Source of the DNA: Brooklawnia sp.
Lineage (GTDB): Bacteria > Actinomycetota > Actinomycetes > Propionibacteriales > Propionibacteriaceae
DNA: 47,156 nt
Direction: 5' to 3'
NCBI GenBank assembly: GCA_012517115.1
Contig: JAAYVP010000023.1
Span: 1-47,156 of the forward strand
Shown piece by piece: positions 20,256-35,736 of the stretch (the first letter of the stretch is position 1; every line of letters starts with the position of its first letter). A program made the position numbers and the translations under genes. The notes beneath the pieces were generated by a model that saw only the letters and a program-made list of their open reading frames with translations, did not search any database and had not been told where the DNA came from.

Positions 20256-20302
20256 AAGAAAAGTGCGGGGGCGTGCCGGGCCGAAGCCCACACGCCCCCG
20301 CA
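20256..20302 (-). terminator. Intrinsic terminator/stabilising hairpin between gap and pgk
   Basis: 12-bp stem (20264-20275 with 20291-20302) capped by GGGC-TTCG-GCCC and followed by CTTTTCTT on the minus strand. Confidence 0.75.
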
Positions 20303-20320
20303 TTACATCTGGAGTGTGGA

Positions 20321-21388
<1,068 letters not shown>

Positions 21389-21478
21389 TCAGGTTCACTC
21401 TATCGAAACCGGCCAGCATGTGCGCCATCCCTAAGATGACATCGAGATTCATCTGAAAGACACCGCGGCGCCCGCAGG

Positions 21479-22465
21479 TCATTCAGATTCGTCGAGCATC
21501 TCCGAAGTCAACGCCGCTTCTGTGGACGGGATGCCCTGCTCGGCGGCCGCCTTGTCTGCCATCGCCAGCAGTCGCCGGATGCGTCCGGCCACTGCGTCTT
21601 TGGTCAGCGCAGGGTCGTGTAACTGGCCCAACTCTTCCAAGCTGGCCTGCCGGTGCTCCAGCCGTAGCAGTCCTGCCCTGCGCAGATGGTCAGGCACGTC
21701 GTCGCCCAGTATCTCCAAGGCCCGTTCGACGCGCGCGCCGGCAGCAACTGCAGCGCGCGCCGAGCGCCGCAGGTTCGCGTCGTCGAAGTTCGCCAATCGG
21801 TTCGCCGAAGCTCGCACCTCGCGTCGCAATCTGCGTTCCTCCCAGAGCAGCACTGACTCGTGCGCGCCCATCCTGGTCAGCATGGCTGCGATCGCGTCCC
21901 CGTCGCGAATGACCACCCGGTCGACCTGCCGAACCTCACGAGCCTTCGCACCGATGTCCAGCCGCCGTGCAGCCCCCACCAGGGCGAGGGCGGCCTCGGA
22001 ACTGGGGCAAGTGACCTCGAGCGACATGGAACGGCCCGGTTCGGTGAGTGAGCCTCGCGCCAGGAATGCGCCGCGCCAGACTGCTACTTGCTCGTTCATC
22101 CCGGCGCCCACCACCTGCGGAGGCAAACCACGAACCGGACGCCCGTGCGAGTCGATCAGTCCAGTCTGCCGGGCCAGCGCCTCACCGTCGCGCACCAAGC
22201 GCAGGACGAAGCGGGTGCCGCGCCTGATACCCGACCCGCTGATCACCATCAACTCGGATTCGTAGCCGTACAGGTCTGTGATCGCCTGGCGCAAGCGGCG
22301 GGCCGCCGCACCGGTATCGAGTTCCGCCTCGACCACGATCTGCCCGCTAACCAGGTGAAGCCCTCCAGAGAAGCGCACCATGGCAACGACCTCGGCCGCA
22401 CGAGTCTCGGGCTTCAGCACCCGGACCGTCGCCAACTCAGATTTCACCTGCTGCGTCAAAGCCAC
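21479..22465 (-). CDS. whiA: DNA-binding protein WhiA
   Basis: [43 protein letters not shown]; start approximate. Confidence 0.96.
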   Translation of the reverse strand: MALTQQVKSELATVRVLKPETRAAEVVAMVRFSGGLHLVSGQIVVEAELDTGAAARRLRQAITDLYGYESELMVISGSGIRRGTRFVLRLVRDGEALARQTGLIDSHGRPVRGLPPQVVGAGMNEQVAVWRGAFLARGSLTEPGRSMSLEVTCPSSEAALALVGAARRLDIGAKAREVRQVDRVVIRDGDAIAAMLTRMGAHESVLLWEERRLRREVRASANRLANFDDANLRRSARAAVAAGARVERALEILGDDVPDHLRRAGLLRLEHRQASLEELGQLHDPALTKDAVAGRIRRLLAMADKAAAEQGIPSTEAALTSEMLDESE

Positions 22466-22541
22466 CACTGCATCATTCCACAATCGGCCCACCCAATCCG
22501 GCCGCCCAAGTATGGCTCCCAGGCAATAACATGACCCCTTG

Positions 22542-23486
22542 TCAATTGGTCATAAGGTCGCGGAAGAGGCTGGCCAGGCGCAGCGGGTCGTGCCGCGCCG
22601 TACCATCACGGCGACGCACGTCTGCGACTAGCAGCTGCGCCCCAAGGCTCCGGGCGTAAGCCTGCAACGTGGCGTCGTCCCCACCGAAGCTGGCGTCCAC
22701 CACGATGGTGTCGAAGCAGAGCGTCGGCGCATGCTCTGCCAGGATCTCCAGATGCCGGGCGGCGCTGATTCCGGCGGTCTCGGCAGCCGGGGCGATGTTC
22801 AGGGTGAGGATCCGGTGGGCCCCCGAATCGATGATCGCAGTAGCCAATTCGGGAACCAACAGGTGCGGTAGCACGGAGGTGAACCAGGAGCCGGGCCCGA
22901 GCACGACGAAATCTGCCTCCTGGATCGCTGCCACCGCCTCGGGGCAGGCCGGCGGGTTGTCCGGCACCAGGCGGATGGCCTCAACCTGCCCTCGGGTGAT
23001 TGCTACCTCGTGCTGGCCAGTTATCACTGTCACCTCATCCGGGCGCTCCGGATCAACACCCAGCACATCGGCTTCAATGTCCAGCGGCACCAAAGACATG
23101 GGCAGCACCCGGCCAGCGACGTGCAGCAGCTGGCCGACCATGTCAAGACCCTGAACTGCACCCAGTTCTTGCCAAAGCCCTTCGATCAGCAGGTTGCCGA
23201 TGGCGTGACCGTTCAAAGGCCCGGTGCTGTGGAACCGGGACTGCAAGACGTTCGCCCACTCGCGACCGATCGCGTCGTCACCGCACAGCGCCGCAAGGGC
23301 CATCCGCAGGTCGCCGGGTGGTAGCCCGCCCAGTTCACGGCGTAGCCTGCCGGACGATCCGCCGTTATCGGCGACCGTCACGATGGCGGTCAAGCGATCA
23401 GTCACCTGACGCAACGCTTGCAGGGACGCCGACAACCCGTGCCCGCCTCCTAATGCCGTCACACGCGGCAACCCCTCGCCGCTCAT
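22542..23486 (-). CDS. yvcK: YvcK/CofD-like gluconeogenesis factor (UDP-GlcNAc-binding)
   Basis: [34 protein letters not shown]; rapZ-yvcK-whiA synteny. Confidence 0.94.
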   Translation of the reverse strand: MSGEGLPRVTALGGGHGLSASLQALRQVTDRLTAIVTVADNGGSSGRLRRELGGLPPGDLRMALAALCGDDAIGREWANVLQSRFHSTGPLNGHAIGNLLIEGLWQELGAVQGLDMVGQLLHVAGRVLPMSLVPLDIEADVLGVDPERPDEVTVITGQHEVAITRGQVEAIRLVPDNPPACPEAVAAIQEADFVVLGPGSWFTSVLPHLLVPELATAIIDSGAHRILTLNIAPAAETAGISAARHLEILAEHAPTLCFDTIVVDASFGGDDATLQAYARSLGAQLLVADVRRRDGTARHDPLRLASLFRDLMTN

Positions 23487-24376
23487 TCCCGCCCCAGATC
23501 GCGATGCAGGACGCTGGCCTGCACCCCCTTCACCCGCAACCGCTCAGCGAATTCCTCACTCATCGCGGTGGAGCGATGCTTGCCGCCGGTGCAGCCGATG
23601 GCGACGGTGGCCTGCAGCTTGCCCTCGCGCTGGTAGCCGGGGCCAACGGTCGCGATCAGCGCTTCCAGCAGGTCCAGGAACTCACCAGCACCCGGTTGAT
23701 TGAGTACGTATTCACTGACCTCGACCGATAACCCGGTTTGCGGGCGCAGGTGTGGCACCCAGTGCGGATTTGGCAGGAAACGGACATCGAAGACCATGTC
23801 AGCGTCCACTGGGACGCCATTCTTAAAGCCGAAGCTCATGATCAAGAATCGGGTGTTCTTGTCGTCACCCGATCCGTAGATGTGGCCGATCCGATAGCTC
23901 AGTTGGTGCACCGTGGTGTTGGACGTGTCGATCACGACGTCGGCGTCTGCGCGAAGGTTGCTCATCATGCGGCGTTCCTTAGCGACAGCCTGCGTGATGT
24001 TGCCGGCACCTTGCAGTGGCAACGGTCGGCGCACCGACTCCTGCCGACGCACGATCGCCTCGTCGCTGGCTTCCAGGAAGCAGATCTCCTTGCGGATGCC
24101 CTGTGCCTCCAACTGGGCCAGCACCCGCGGCAACTGGTCAAACATCTCGCGGGACCGAACGTCCAGACCCACGGCCAACCGATCCTGGCCGCCGCGTCGC
24201 ACCGTCTCAATGAGCTGCGGCAGCAGGCCCGGTGGCAGGTTGTCGACGACGAACCAGCCCAAGTCCTCCATGGCGTGGGCGGCGGTACGTCGCCCGGCAC
24301 CCGACATCCCGGTGATGATCACCACCCGGGGCTGGGCAGGGACGGCCGTCATCGGAGTCTGGTGCGACTGGCTCAC
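23483..24376 (-). CDS. rapZ: RNase adaptor RapZ/YvcJ P-loop protein
   Basis: ITGMSGAGR, VVDNLP, SFGFKNG, DVRFLPNP, GCTGGKHRS. Confidence 0.96.
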   Translation of the reverse strand: MSQSHQTPMTAVPAQPRVVIITGMSGAGRRTAAHAMEDLGWFVVDNLPPGLLPQLIETVRRGGQDRLAVGLDVRSREMFDQLPRVLAQLEAQGIRKEICFLEASDEAIVRRQESVRRPLPLQGAGNITQAVAKERRMMSNLRADADVVIDTSNTTVHQLSYRIGHIYGSGDDKNTRFLIMSFGFKNGVPVDADMVFDVRFLPNPHWVPHLRPQTGLSVEVSEYVLNQPGAGEFLDLLEALIATVGPGYQREGKLQATVAIGCTGGKHRSTAMSEEFAERLRVKGVQASVLHRDLGRE

Positions 24377-24405
24377 CCCCCCATTATGCCGAGCCTGGCG
24401 TCTGA

Positions 24406-26387
24406 TCAGAGCCCGGTCACTTCACCGGTCGCGGTATTGATGGCCACGCCAGCGGTTTGATCGACCAGCGCGTCTAGCACCGCCTGCGCGGTGGCCGGCC
24501 CGAAACCGGGCAACGACTGCAGTTCCTCGCGACTCGCGGCGCGCAGCTTCTTCAGGCTGCCGAAATGGGTCAACAGGGTTGCCCGGCGCACCTCCCCCAG
24601 ACCAGGCACCCCGTCGAGCACCGACTCCACCATCGCCTTCGACCGGCGGCCCCGGTGGTGGCCGATAGCGAAGCGGTGCGACTCGTCACGGACCCGCTGC
24701 AGCAAGTAGAGGGCCTCGGAGGCGCGCGGCAGGATCAGCGGGTACTCCTCGTCCGGTATCCAGATCTCCTCCAACCTCTTCGCCAGCCCGATCAGGGTGA
24801 CCTCATCGGTCAACCCAAGGTCGTCCAGCACCCGCTGGGCCGCGTTCACCTGCGGCAGGCCACCGTCGACGACGACTAGGGCGGGGGCATAGGCGAACTT
24901 GCGTGGCGCCCCTGTGGTGGGGTCGACGAGCTGTGGGCCCTCACCGTCCGAGCCGATCTCAGTCATCGACTCCCGGTCGGCCAACAGTCGTTTGAACCGG
25001 CGCCGGAGCACCTCGTCCATGGCCGCGATGTCGTTCGAGCCCTCGAAACTCTTGATCACGAACCGTCGGTACTCCGATTTGCGGGCCAGCCCGTCCTCGA
25101 AAACCACCATCGAGCCAACCACCTCGGTGCCCTGCAGGTGGCTGATGTCGAAGCCCTCGATGCGTAGCGGCGCGGACGCCATGTCGAGTGCCTGCTGAAG
25201 CTCTTCCAGGGCACGACCTCGAGTGCTCAGGTCGGACGCACGCTTGGTCTTGTGTAACGCCAACGCCTCGGCTGCGTTACGGGCCACAGTGTCGAGCAAC
25301 TCCCGCTTGGGGCCACGTAATGGCACATGCACCCGAACCCGGCCACCTCGCTGCTCGCTGAGCAACTGCGCCAGTACCTCACCGGAGGGCAGCTGCGAAT
25401 CGACGACGATCTCGGCCGGGATAGCGCTGCCGGTTTCGCTCTGGAAGCCCTGCTCATCGGCATAGAGGCCGACCAGGAAGCCCTCGATCAGTTCTTCGAC
25501 CGGCTCATCATTGATGCGATCGGCAACCCACCCGCGTTCGCCGCGGACCCGTCCGGACCGCACGTGGAAGATCTGCACTGCGATCTCCAGCGGGTCGGCC
25601 GCCACTGCCAGCACATCTGCGTTGGTGCCCGTCGGCAGCACCACAGCGTTCTTCTCGGTGGCCTGCCGCAGCGCATCCAGTGAGTCACGCAGTACCGCTG
25701 CCCGCTCGTATTCTTGAGCTGCGGACGCGGCCTGCATCTGCTTGGTCAGCTTACGCTCGAGGCCTCGGGTCTGGCCCGCCCAGAAGGCACAGAAGTCGTT
25801 GACGATCTCACGGTGCTCGTCAGCGGTGACGCGCCCGACGCACGGAGCCGAGCATTTCCCGATGTAACCGAGCAGGCAGGGCCGCTTCGCTGCCTGCGCA
25901 TTGCGGAAGACCCCGTTGCTGCAAGATCGCATCGGGAAGACCCGGAGCAACTGATCCACCGACTCTCGGACCGCCCAGGCCTGACCGAACGGGCCGTAAT
26001 AGCGCCAGCCTTTGCGCTTGGCACCACGCCCGACAAAGACCCGTGGGAACTCCTCGCTCCAGGTGACACACAACCAGGGGTACGACTTATCGTCGCGATA
26101 CTTGACGTTGAACCGGGGATCGAACTGCTTGATCCAGGTGTACTCGAGTTGCAGCGCCTCAACCTCGTTGCGAACCACCGTCCAGGTGACGGCAGCCGCG
26201 GTGCGCAGCATGGTCTGCGTCCGGAAGTGCAGGCTGGCGGGATCTGCGAAGTAAGAGTTGAGCCGGTTGCGCAGGTTCTTCGCCTTACCGACGTAGATGA
26301 CCTTGCCGTATGCGTCGCTGAAGCGGTAAACCCCCGCATCGGTGGGGATCGATCCGGGCGCCGGACGGTAACTCGCGGGGTCAGCCA

Positions 26388-26388
<1 letters not shown>
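24406..26388 (-). CDS. uvrC: Excinuclease ABC subunit C
   Basis: GVYRF...[35 protein letters not shown]-terminal HhH. Confidence 0.98.
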
Positions 26389-29342
<2,954 letters not shown>

Positions 29343-29349
29343 GTCCTTC

Positions 29350-29371
29350 ATGGTATGCGCCTGCGCTGACG
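29350..29371 (-). promoter_or_regulatory. RecA-NDp/PafBC-like promoter of uvrA (CGTCAG-N10-TACCAT)
   Basis: Same 10-nt spacing as the uvrB and polA motifs; upstream hexamer has 2 mismatches to TGTCGG. Confidence 0.55.
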
Positions 29372-29452
29372 TTGCGCGGCCCCCTCATGCCCGGCCTCCA
29401 GCGCGTAAAGTGAGCGACGCAACACCAAGCCAGAACTCGTGGGGGGCTCAAG

Positions 29453-30187
29453 ATGGCGTGGGACCTCGAAAGACAGGCGCTGCTGGGCGCGTCCACCCAC
29501 ATTGCCAGCCTGCGAAAGTACAAGGTCGAAGCCACCCAACGGCTGCTCGGTGACACGATAGCCATCAGCGAGCAGGCGTGGCAGGAGCCCTCACGGCTGC
29601 CCGGGTGGACGCGGGCGCATGTTGCGAGCCACCTGGCGCGCAACGCCGATGCCTTGGTGCGTGCGGTGGATTCGGTGCTGATGGGGCGACGGGGCCTGAT
29701 GTACGACTCAGAGGAAGATCGCGAGCAAGCCATCGAACGCGGCTCGGAACGCCCCGGACTCGCCTTGCAGATCGATCTCGATACCAGCGCCGGACGACTC
29801 AATCGGCGCTTCAACGTGCTGCACTCGGTGCCGCAGGAATTGCTTGTCGAGCTCACCCCTGGCGAGTTGGTGCGCAGCGACCTGCTCCCGCTGCTGCGGC
29901 TGAACGAGATCGTCCTGCACCACATTGATCTGGACTGTGGGTACGAAGTGACCCAGGTAGAGCCGGAGATCGCCCGGCTACTGCTGGAATGGGCGATGCT
30001 GGACCCGGGCCCGCTCGACGGCAGAGTGGTGCGGCTGACCAGCGACACAGGGTTTCACGTCGAGGTAGGATCAGCCGGAGAACTGTGTGAGATCCACGGC
30101 TCCGACGCCCTGCTGCTCGGGTGGCTGACTGGTCGGCTCAGCGCAGACCAGGCCATCGACTTGCCGGTATCCCCTGCGCTCACCTGA
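29453..30187 (+). CDS. Maleylpyruvate isomerase-family (DinB-like fold) mycothiol-dependent enzyme
   Basis: [22 protein letters not shown] and [12 protein letters not shown] motifs; usual uvrA neighbour in actinobacteria. Confidence 0.85.
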   Translation: MAWDLERQALLGASTHIASLRKYKVEATQRLLGDTIAISEQAWQEPSRLPGWTRAHVASHLARNADALVRAVDSVLMGRRGLMYDSEEDREQAIERGSERPGLALQIDLDTSAGRLNRRFNVLHSVPQELLVELTPGELVRSDLLPLLRLNEIVLHHIDLDCGYEVTQVEPEIARLLLEWAMLDPGPLDGRVVRLTSDTGFHVEVGSAGELCEIHGSDALLLGWLTGRLSADQAIDLPVSPALT

Positions 30188-30207
30188 TGCGCAGGTAGCG
30201 TGACGGC

Positions 30208-30873
30208 ATGCCTCACCTGTTCCAAACCACCGGCCAACTCCGGTCGGTCGAGTTCCAAGTATCCGGGGTGCACTGCACCAAGGTTTCGCTGGGCAGCATG
30301 GACAACAACTCCTACCTGCTCGACACCGGAAGTAGCAGTCCCCTGCTGCTGATTGATGCCGCCGCTGAACCTCGACAACTTCTGGAAATGCTGGCTGGAC
30401 GGCCACTCGGGGTGGTGGTGAGCACCCACCAGCACGCCGACCACCTGCAGGCGCTGGCCGAAGTGATAGCACAAACTGGTGCCGTGCCGTTCGCGGGCCG
30501 CAAGGACGCCCACGCCATCGCCCAACAAACCGGGATCGTCAGCCGCCGGGTCTGGACCGGGGATTGGATCGACTGCGGCCGGGTCAGGCTGGAGGTGATC
30601 GGGCTGGTCGGTCACACCCCCGGCTCCATCGCGCTGGTCCTGCACGGAGGGGACGACGGGCCGACCCACATCTTCAGCGGCGACTCCCTCTTCCCGGGGG
30701 GCGTTGGCAAGACCGAATCACCAGCCGACTTCTCGTCCCTGCTGGACGATGTCACCCGTAAAATCTTCGACCGCTTCTCCGACGAGACGGTCGTGCACCC
30801 AGGTCATGGCGATTCGACGACGCTGGGTGCCGAACGACCTCAACTATCGCAATGGCGAACCCGCGGCTGGTGA
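30208..30873 (+). CDS. MBL-fold metallo-hydrolase
   Basis: THQHADH, GHTPGS, FSGDSLFPGG, HPGHG. Confidence 0.93.
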   Translation: MPHLFQTTGQLRSVEFQVSGVHCTKVSLGSMDNNSYLLDTGSSSPLLLIDAAAEPRQLLEMLAGRPLGVVVSTHQHADHLQALAEVIAQTGAVPFAGRKDAHAIAQQTGIVSRRVWTGDWIDCGRVRLEVIGLVGHTPGSIALVLHGGDDGPTHIFSGDSLFPGGVGKTESPADFSSLLDDVTRKIFDRFSDETVVHPGHGDSTTLGAERPQLSQWRTRGW

Positions 30874-30914
30874 CAGACCAGCCGCATGCCGATCTTGGGT
30901 TTCGCCCGGATGGC

Positions 30915-31913
30915 TCAGTGGCTGCTGGCCTCGACCTGCGAGCCGCCCGAACGAGTCTTCATCAGTGACAGTGTGGCGGTGAAAGCGATGGTCACCACAA
31001 TCACCAACAAGGAGAGCACGGTGGGGACCTCCCAATGGACCCAGCCGTAGTGATGCATGGCGTGCAGGACCAGCTTGACCGCGATGAAGCAGAGGATGAA
31101 CGCCAGCCCCAGCGACAGGTAGACCAGCCGCTGCAGTAGGCCGCCGAGCAGGAAGTAAAGCTGCCGCAGACCCATCAGGGCGAAGAAGTTGGCGGTGAAG
31201 ACCAGATACGGCTCCTGCGTCAAGCCGAAGATCGCCGGGATCGAGTCGAGCGCGAACATGATGTCGATGGACCCCAGAGCGACCACGACGAAGAAGAGGG
31301 GGGTGAAAACTCGACGGCCGTCGAGCTTCACCGAGAAGTGGGTGCCGTGGTACTCGTCGGTAGACGGGACGACCCGCTTCACGAACCGCATCACAGCGGT
31401 GTCGGTGCTGGCCGATTCCTCCTCTTCACCATGTTTCCGGTAGTCGATGACCAGCTTGATGCCGGTGTAGAGCAGGAATGCGCCGAAGATGAAGAAGACC
31501 CAAGCGAAGCGCTCGATCAGGGCGGCACCCGCCATGATGAAGAGGCCGCGGAAAATCAGCGCCAGGATGATGCCGCACATCAGCGCGAACTGCTGGTACT
31601 TACGCGGCACCTGCATGCTGCCCAGCACGATGATGAAGACGAAAAGGTTGTCAATCGACAAGGAGTATTCGGTCAGGTATCCGGAAAAGAACTCGACGGC
31701 GTACTGCCAACTCGTCTTGTTGGTCACCGGGTGGGCGAACAACCCGATGCCGACACCGAACATCGTGGCGAGCGCCACGTAGATGCAAATCCAGATCGTC
31801 GCCTCCTTCATGGAGGGCTCGTGCGGCCTTCGGATCATCATGATCACGTCGAAGACCAGGATCGCAGTTAACACTGACAAAGTGACGATCCAGACGAAGG
31901 GAGTTACATGCAT
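30915..31913 (-). CDS. terC: TerC/Alx family metal homeostasis membrane protein
   Basis: EYSLSIDNLFVF, GIILALIFRG, DIMFALDSIPAIFG, ALMGLRQLYF; ATG 31913. Confidence 0.94.
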   Translation of the reverse strand: MHVTPFVWIVTLSVLTAILVFDVIMMIRRPHEPSMKEATIWICIYVALATMFGVGIGLFAHPVTNKTSWQYAVEFFSGYLTEYSLSIDNLFVFIIVLGSMQVPRKYQQFALMCGIILALIFRGLFIMAGAALIERFAWVFFIFGAFLLYTGIKLVIDYRKHGEEEESASTDTAVMRFVKRVVPSTDEYHGTHFSVKLDGRRVFTPLFFVVVALGSIDIMFALDSIPAIFGLTQEPYLVFTANFFALMGLRQLYFLLGGLLQRLVYLSLGLAFILCFIAVKLVLHAMHHYGWVHWEVPTVLSLLVIVVTIAFTATLSLMKTRSGGSQVEASSH

Positions 31914-31945
31914 CGGTGTGCCTTCCGACTCATAGAGGGAGAGTG

Positions 31946-32052
31946 ATCCTGGAGGTCTTGCCACTGATTGTTTGTCTAAATCGGCTGCGAACTCGGAAGT
32001 CAAGCTTCGTGTTGACGACTCCGCACGGGGGCTACTCCCCTCCACCCAGGAT
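31946..32052 (-). ncRNA. yybP-ykoY manganese riboswitch
   Basis: Minus strand reads ATCCTGG-GTGGA-GGGGAGTAGC...GTCGTCAACAC...GGCAAGACCT-CCAGGAT. These are the hallmark segments with a closing stem, located upstream of terC, the typical target. Confidence 0.88.
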
Positions 32053-32156
32053 TGTGTCACTTCACCGCGACGTACGCCAATCTGACCAGACCGACGGCAG
32101 CACACTAGCACCCAGCGCTGCCAGAGGGCTTGCGACTTGACAGGAGAACTCGGTTG

Positions 32157-34247
32157 TCACCGGGTTGCCTCCAGCATTTGCCTGAGCTCCTTCTTGAGGT
32201 CAGCAACCTCGTCCCGCAGCCGTGCCGCGAGTTCGAACTGGAGTTCGCCGGCCGCCTGGTGCATCTGCGCGGTCAGTTCCTGGATCAACGCGGCGAGTTC
32301 GGTCGCGGGGAGACTCGCTGCGTCCATATTGCGCAGTTCGCTCGGCAGCGCAACCGCGGTAGAACGCGGCCGCCCCTTGCCCTGGCTGCTGGCGACCCAG
32401 TACTCGGTATCGGCGTCCTCACGCGCCATCAGATCAGTGATGTCGGCAATCTGCTTGCGCAGCGGTTGCGGGTCGATACCGTGCACCGTGTTGTACGCAA
32501 CCTGCCTGGCGCGACGCCGATTGGTCTCGTCGATTGCCTTGCTCATCGATGGCGTCATCTGGTCGGCGTACATGTGTACCTGGCCCGACACGTTACGGGC
32601 AGCACGTCCGATCGTCTGGATCAAAGACCGCTCTGACCGGAGAAAGCCCTCCTTGTCAGCGTCCAGGATCGCCACCAATGACACCTCCGGCAGGTCGAGG
32701 CCTTCCCGGAGCAAGTTGATGCCGACCAGCACGTCGTACTCTCCGAGCCGTAACTCGCGCAGCAGTTCGACCCGCCGCAGCGTGTCCACCTCGGAGTGCA
32801 GGTAACGAGTTCGGACGCCGTGCTCCATCAGGTAGTCGGTGAGGTCTTCGGCCATCTTCTTGGTCAAGGTGGTCACCAGGACGCGCTCGTCACGTTCGAC
32901 GCGCTCCCGGATTTCGCCCATCAGGTCATCGATCTGGCCTTTGGTGGGCTTGACGATCACCTCCGGGTCGACCAGCCCGGTGGGCCGGATGATCTGCTCA
33001 ACGGCTCCTTTGGATCGTGAGATCTCGTACGGGCCGGGGGTTGCGGACGAATAGATCGTCTGTCCGATGCGCTCGTTGAACTCCTCAAACCGCAGCGGAC
33101 GGTTGTCCATGGCACTCGGCAGCCGGAAGCCGTGCTCGACCAGAGTGCGTTTGCGGCTCATGTCGCCCTCATACATTCCGCCGATCTGCGGCACCGTAAC
33201 GTGCGACTCATCGATGATCAACAGGAAGTCCTCCGGGAAGTAGTCGAGCAAGCAGTTCGGTGGGGTACCCGGCCCGCGTCCGTCGATGTGCCGCGAATAG
33301 TTCTCGATGCCTGCGCAGGTCCCGATCTGACGCATCATCTCCACGTCGTAGGAGGTGCGCATCCGCAGCCGCTGAGCTTCCAGCAGCTTGCCCTGTGCCT
33401 CGAACTCGGCGAGGCGGTCTGCCAACTCCAGTTCGATGCTGCTGATGGCTCGCTCCATACGCTCGGGGCCGGCCACGTAGTGCGAGGCTGGGAAGACGTA
33501 CATCTCGTCGTCGGTGGTGATCAACTCGCCGGTCATCGGGTGCATGGTGGACAGGGCGTCGACCTCGTCGCCGAAGAACTCCACCCGAACGGCATTGGAC
33601 TCGTACATCGGGAAGATCTCTAGGGTGTCACCGCGCACCCGGAAGGTGCCGCGGGTGCCCGCGAGATCGTTTCGCACATACTGCATCTCGACCAGTTTGT
33701 GCAGCAGGTCGTTGCGTCCCCACTCCTGCCCGACGCGCAACTTGAGCATCGAGTCCACGTATTCCTGTGGCGTGCCGAGGCCGTAGATGGCCGAGACCGT
33801 CGCAACTACTATGACGTCTCGCCTGGTCAGCAATGAGTTGGTAGTCGAATACCGGAGCCGTTCGACTTCTTCGTTGAGGCTGGAGTCCTTCTCGATGTAG
33901 GTGTCTGTCTGCGGCACGTAGGCCTCGGGTTGGTAGTAGTCGTAGTAACTGACGAAGTACTCGACTGCATTTTTGGGGAAGAACTGCCGCAACTCAGCCG
34001 CGTACTGGGCGGCCAGCGTCTTGTTCGGCTGCATCACCAACATCGGGCGCTGCAGCCGTTCGGCCAGCCAGGCGACCGTCGCCGTCTTGCCGGTGCCAGT
34101 TGCGCCAAGCAGGATGATGTCGTTCTCCCCCGCCCGCACACGTTGTTCAAGTTCGGCGATCGCAGCCGGCTGGTCGCCGGAGGGTTCGAACTCGGACTGC
34201 ACCTCGAATGGTGCGATCCGCCGCGTTATCTCTTCCACTGGGCGCAT
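32157..34247 (-). CDS. uvrB: Excinuclease ABC subunit B
   Basis: [46 protein letters not shown]-terminal UVR motif. Confidence 0.98.
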   Translation of the reverse strand: MRPVEEITRRIAPFEVQSEFEPSGDQPAAIAELEQRVRAGENDIILLGATGTGKTATVAWLAERLQRPMLVMQPNKTLAAQYAAELRQFFPKNAVEYFVSYYDYYQPEAYVPQTDTYIEKDSSLNEEVERLRYSTTNSLLTRRDVIVVATVSAIYGLGTPQEYVDSMLKLRVGQEWGRNDLLHKLVEMQYVRNDLAGTRGTFRVRGDTLEIFPMYESNAVRVEFFGDEVDALSTMHPMTGELITTDDEMYVFPASHYVAGPERMERAISSIELELADRLAEFEAQGKLLEAQRLRMRTSYDVEMMRQIGTCAGIENYSRHIDGRGPGTPPNCLLDYFPEDFLLIIDESHVTVPQIGGMYEGDMSRKRTLVEHGFRLPSAMDNRPLRFEEFNERIGQTIYSSATPGPYEISRSKGAVEQIIRPTGLVDPEVIVKPTKGQIDDLMGEIRERVERDERVLVTTLTKKMAEDLTDYLMEHGVRTRYLHSEVDTLRRVELLRELRLGEYDVLVGINLLREGLDLPEVSLVAILDADKEGFLRSERSLIQTIGRAARNVSGQVHMYADQMTPSMSKAIDETNRRRARQVAYNTVHGIDPQPLRKQIADITDLMAREDADTEYWVASSQGKGRPRSTAVALPSELRNMDAASLPATELAALIQELTAQMHQAAGELQFELAARLRDEVADLKKELRQMLEATR

Positions 34248-34253
34248 GCGACC

Positions 34254-34275
34254 AGCGTAGGTCGCCGCACCGACA
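34254..34275 (-). promoter_or_regulatory. RecA-NDp/PafBC-like promoter of uvrB (TGTCGG-N10-TACGCT)
   Basis: Exact TGTCGG-N10-TANNNT, 6 nt before the ATG. Confidence 0.8.
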
Positions 34276-34281
34276 GTCTCA

Positions 34282-34893
34282 CTACCCTCGTCCGCCTTGC
34301 GCCCTACTGCGGATCTCTAGCCAGAGCCGCGCCACCTGCGCCTCCAGTTCGGCACGGCTGCCGGAGTTGGTCACCACCCAATCGGCGGCCGCTAGGCGTT
34401 CGGCGCGGCTGGCCTGGGCGTCCAACCTGGCCTGGGCCTGTTCGTGACTGAGGTCGTTGCGCCGCACCAACCTCTCCACCTGCGTCTGGACGGGCACGTC
34501 CACCACCGCCACAGCGTCGAATTGGCCGACTAACCCAGTCTCGACAAGCAGCGGGATTACCGACACGACGATCTGATCCGCCGCCGCCGCCGCGATCATC
34601 TCGGCCCGTCGGCGCCGGACCAAGGGATGGATGATCGCGTTGAGGTCGGCGCGAGCGGCAGGGTCCGCGAAGACGAGCTCGCCTAACCGTTGGCGATCCA
34701 GACCGCCGGCCGGCGTCAGCACCTGCTCGCCGAACCTCGCCACGACCTGGGCAAGGCCGGGGGTGCCCGGTTCGACGACTTCCCGGGCGAGTTGGTCGGA
34801 ATCGATCAACAGCGCGCCGTGCCTGGCGAGCAGGTTCGCCACTGTCGTCTTGCCGGAGGCTATACCGCCGGTCAAGGCCACCGAGAAGGCCAC
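34282..34893 (-). CDS. coaE: Dephospho-CoA kinase
   Basis: [35 protein letters not shown]; GTG 34893. Confidence 0.96.
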   Translation of the reverse strand: MAFSVALTGGIASGKTTVANLLARHGALLIDSDQLAREVVEPGTPGLAQVVARFGEQVLTPAGGLDRQRLGELVFADPAARADLNAIIHPLVRRRRAEMIAAAAADQIVVSVIPLLVETGLVGQFDAVAVVDVPVQTQVERLVRRNDLSHEQAQARLDAQASRAERLAAADWVVTNSGSRAELEAQVARLWLEIRSRAQGGRG

Positions 34894-34894
34894 C

Positions 34895-35665
34895 TCAGTC
34901 CTCCAGTCCGAACGCCGCGTCGATCGCCATCCGCAAGGCGACTTCGTGAGAGCCCACACCCCAGTCCCGGGCGTCGTAGGTGCCGCCTGCGAGCGAGTCC
35001 GCCGTGAACAGGATCTGTCCGAACCGCACGCCGCGGAACCGGGCCCATGCCGCCCAGGCCGCGCACTCCATCTCGACGACCGAACAGCCCTGCGCGATTC
35101 GATGGGCGAGCAGGGCGGGTGTCTCACGGTAGAAGCCATCGGTCGTCCAGGTGTCTGCCTCGGCGCCATCATGTCCGCGTCCCCGGATGGCTGCCAGGCA
35201 AGCGGCGCGGACGCCGGCATCGGTCTCCACCCACTCGCCGGGCGGCAGGTAGTGGTGGCTGACGCCCTCGTCGCGCAACGCCCGGGCCGGCGTGATGAAG
35301 ACGCCTTCGTCGAAGGGACGCAGGGCCCCGCACGAGCCGACTGCTACCGCGCTGCGTACCCCGCGCTGGCGGAGGAACTCGCCAACCATCACCGCCGCCG
35401 CAGCACCGATCGGCGCCTCCACCAGCACCACCTGTCGTCCTGCGCGTTCGATCAGGTAGATGGGGTAGCGAGTGGTGACGAAATCGACCAGGCCCACCTG
35501 GCGCAGGAGTCCGGACTGCGCATGGGCTAGGACCTGCTGACCCAGGATTGCCAGCACCGCCCGCTTGGGGAGTCGCTCCGCAGGGTGAACGGCGGACAGA
35601 CCCGAGACCAGGTCGTCGGGATCGTCGTCGTAGTCCAGGATCGGCCAGGCGCCGAGGGTCAGCAT
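34895..35665 (-). CDS. Nucleoside phosphorylase (PNP/UDP family)
   Basis: IGAAAA, GSCGAL, ALRDEGVSHHY, WTTDGFYRET, VEMECAA; GAGGAGG RBS. Confidence 0.85.
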   Translation of the reverse strand: MLTLGAWPILDYDDDPDDLVSGLSAVHPAERLPKRAVLAILGQQVLAHAQSGLLRQVGLVDFVTTRYPIYLIERAGRQVVLVEAPIGAAAAVMVGEFLRQRGVRSAVAVGSCGALRPFDEGVFITPARALRDEGVSHHYLPPGEWVETDAGVRAACLAAIRGRGHDGAEADTWTTDGFYRETPALLAHRIAQGCSVVEMECAAWAAWARFRGVRFGQILFTADSLAGGTYDARDWGVGSHEVALRMAIDAAFGLED

Positions 35666-35683
35666 GGGGTCCTCCTCGTTTGC

Positions 35684-35720
35684 GAAAAACGCCCCGGACC
35701 ATGCCTGAGGTCCGGGGCGT
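35684..35720 (-). terminator. Intrinsic terminator of rpsA
   Basis: Perfect 12-bp stem ACGCCCCGGACC (35689-35700) with GGTCCGGGGCGT (35709-35720), followed by a T run on the minus strand. Confidence 0.85.
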
Positions 35721-35736
35721 CTTGCGGGTTTGGGTA

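Noticed and set aside
31914-32111. N-terminal extension of the terC ORF
   Set aside because: This region is the riboswitch leader; homology and the SD point to ATG 31913.
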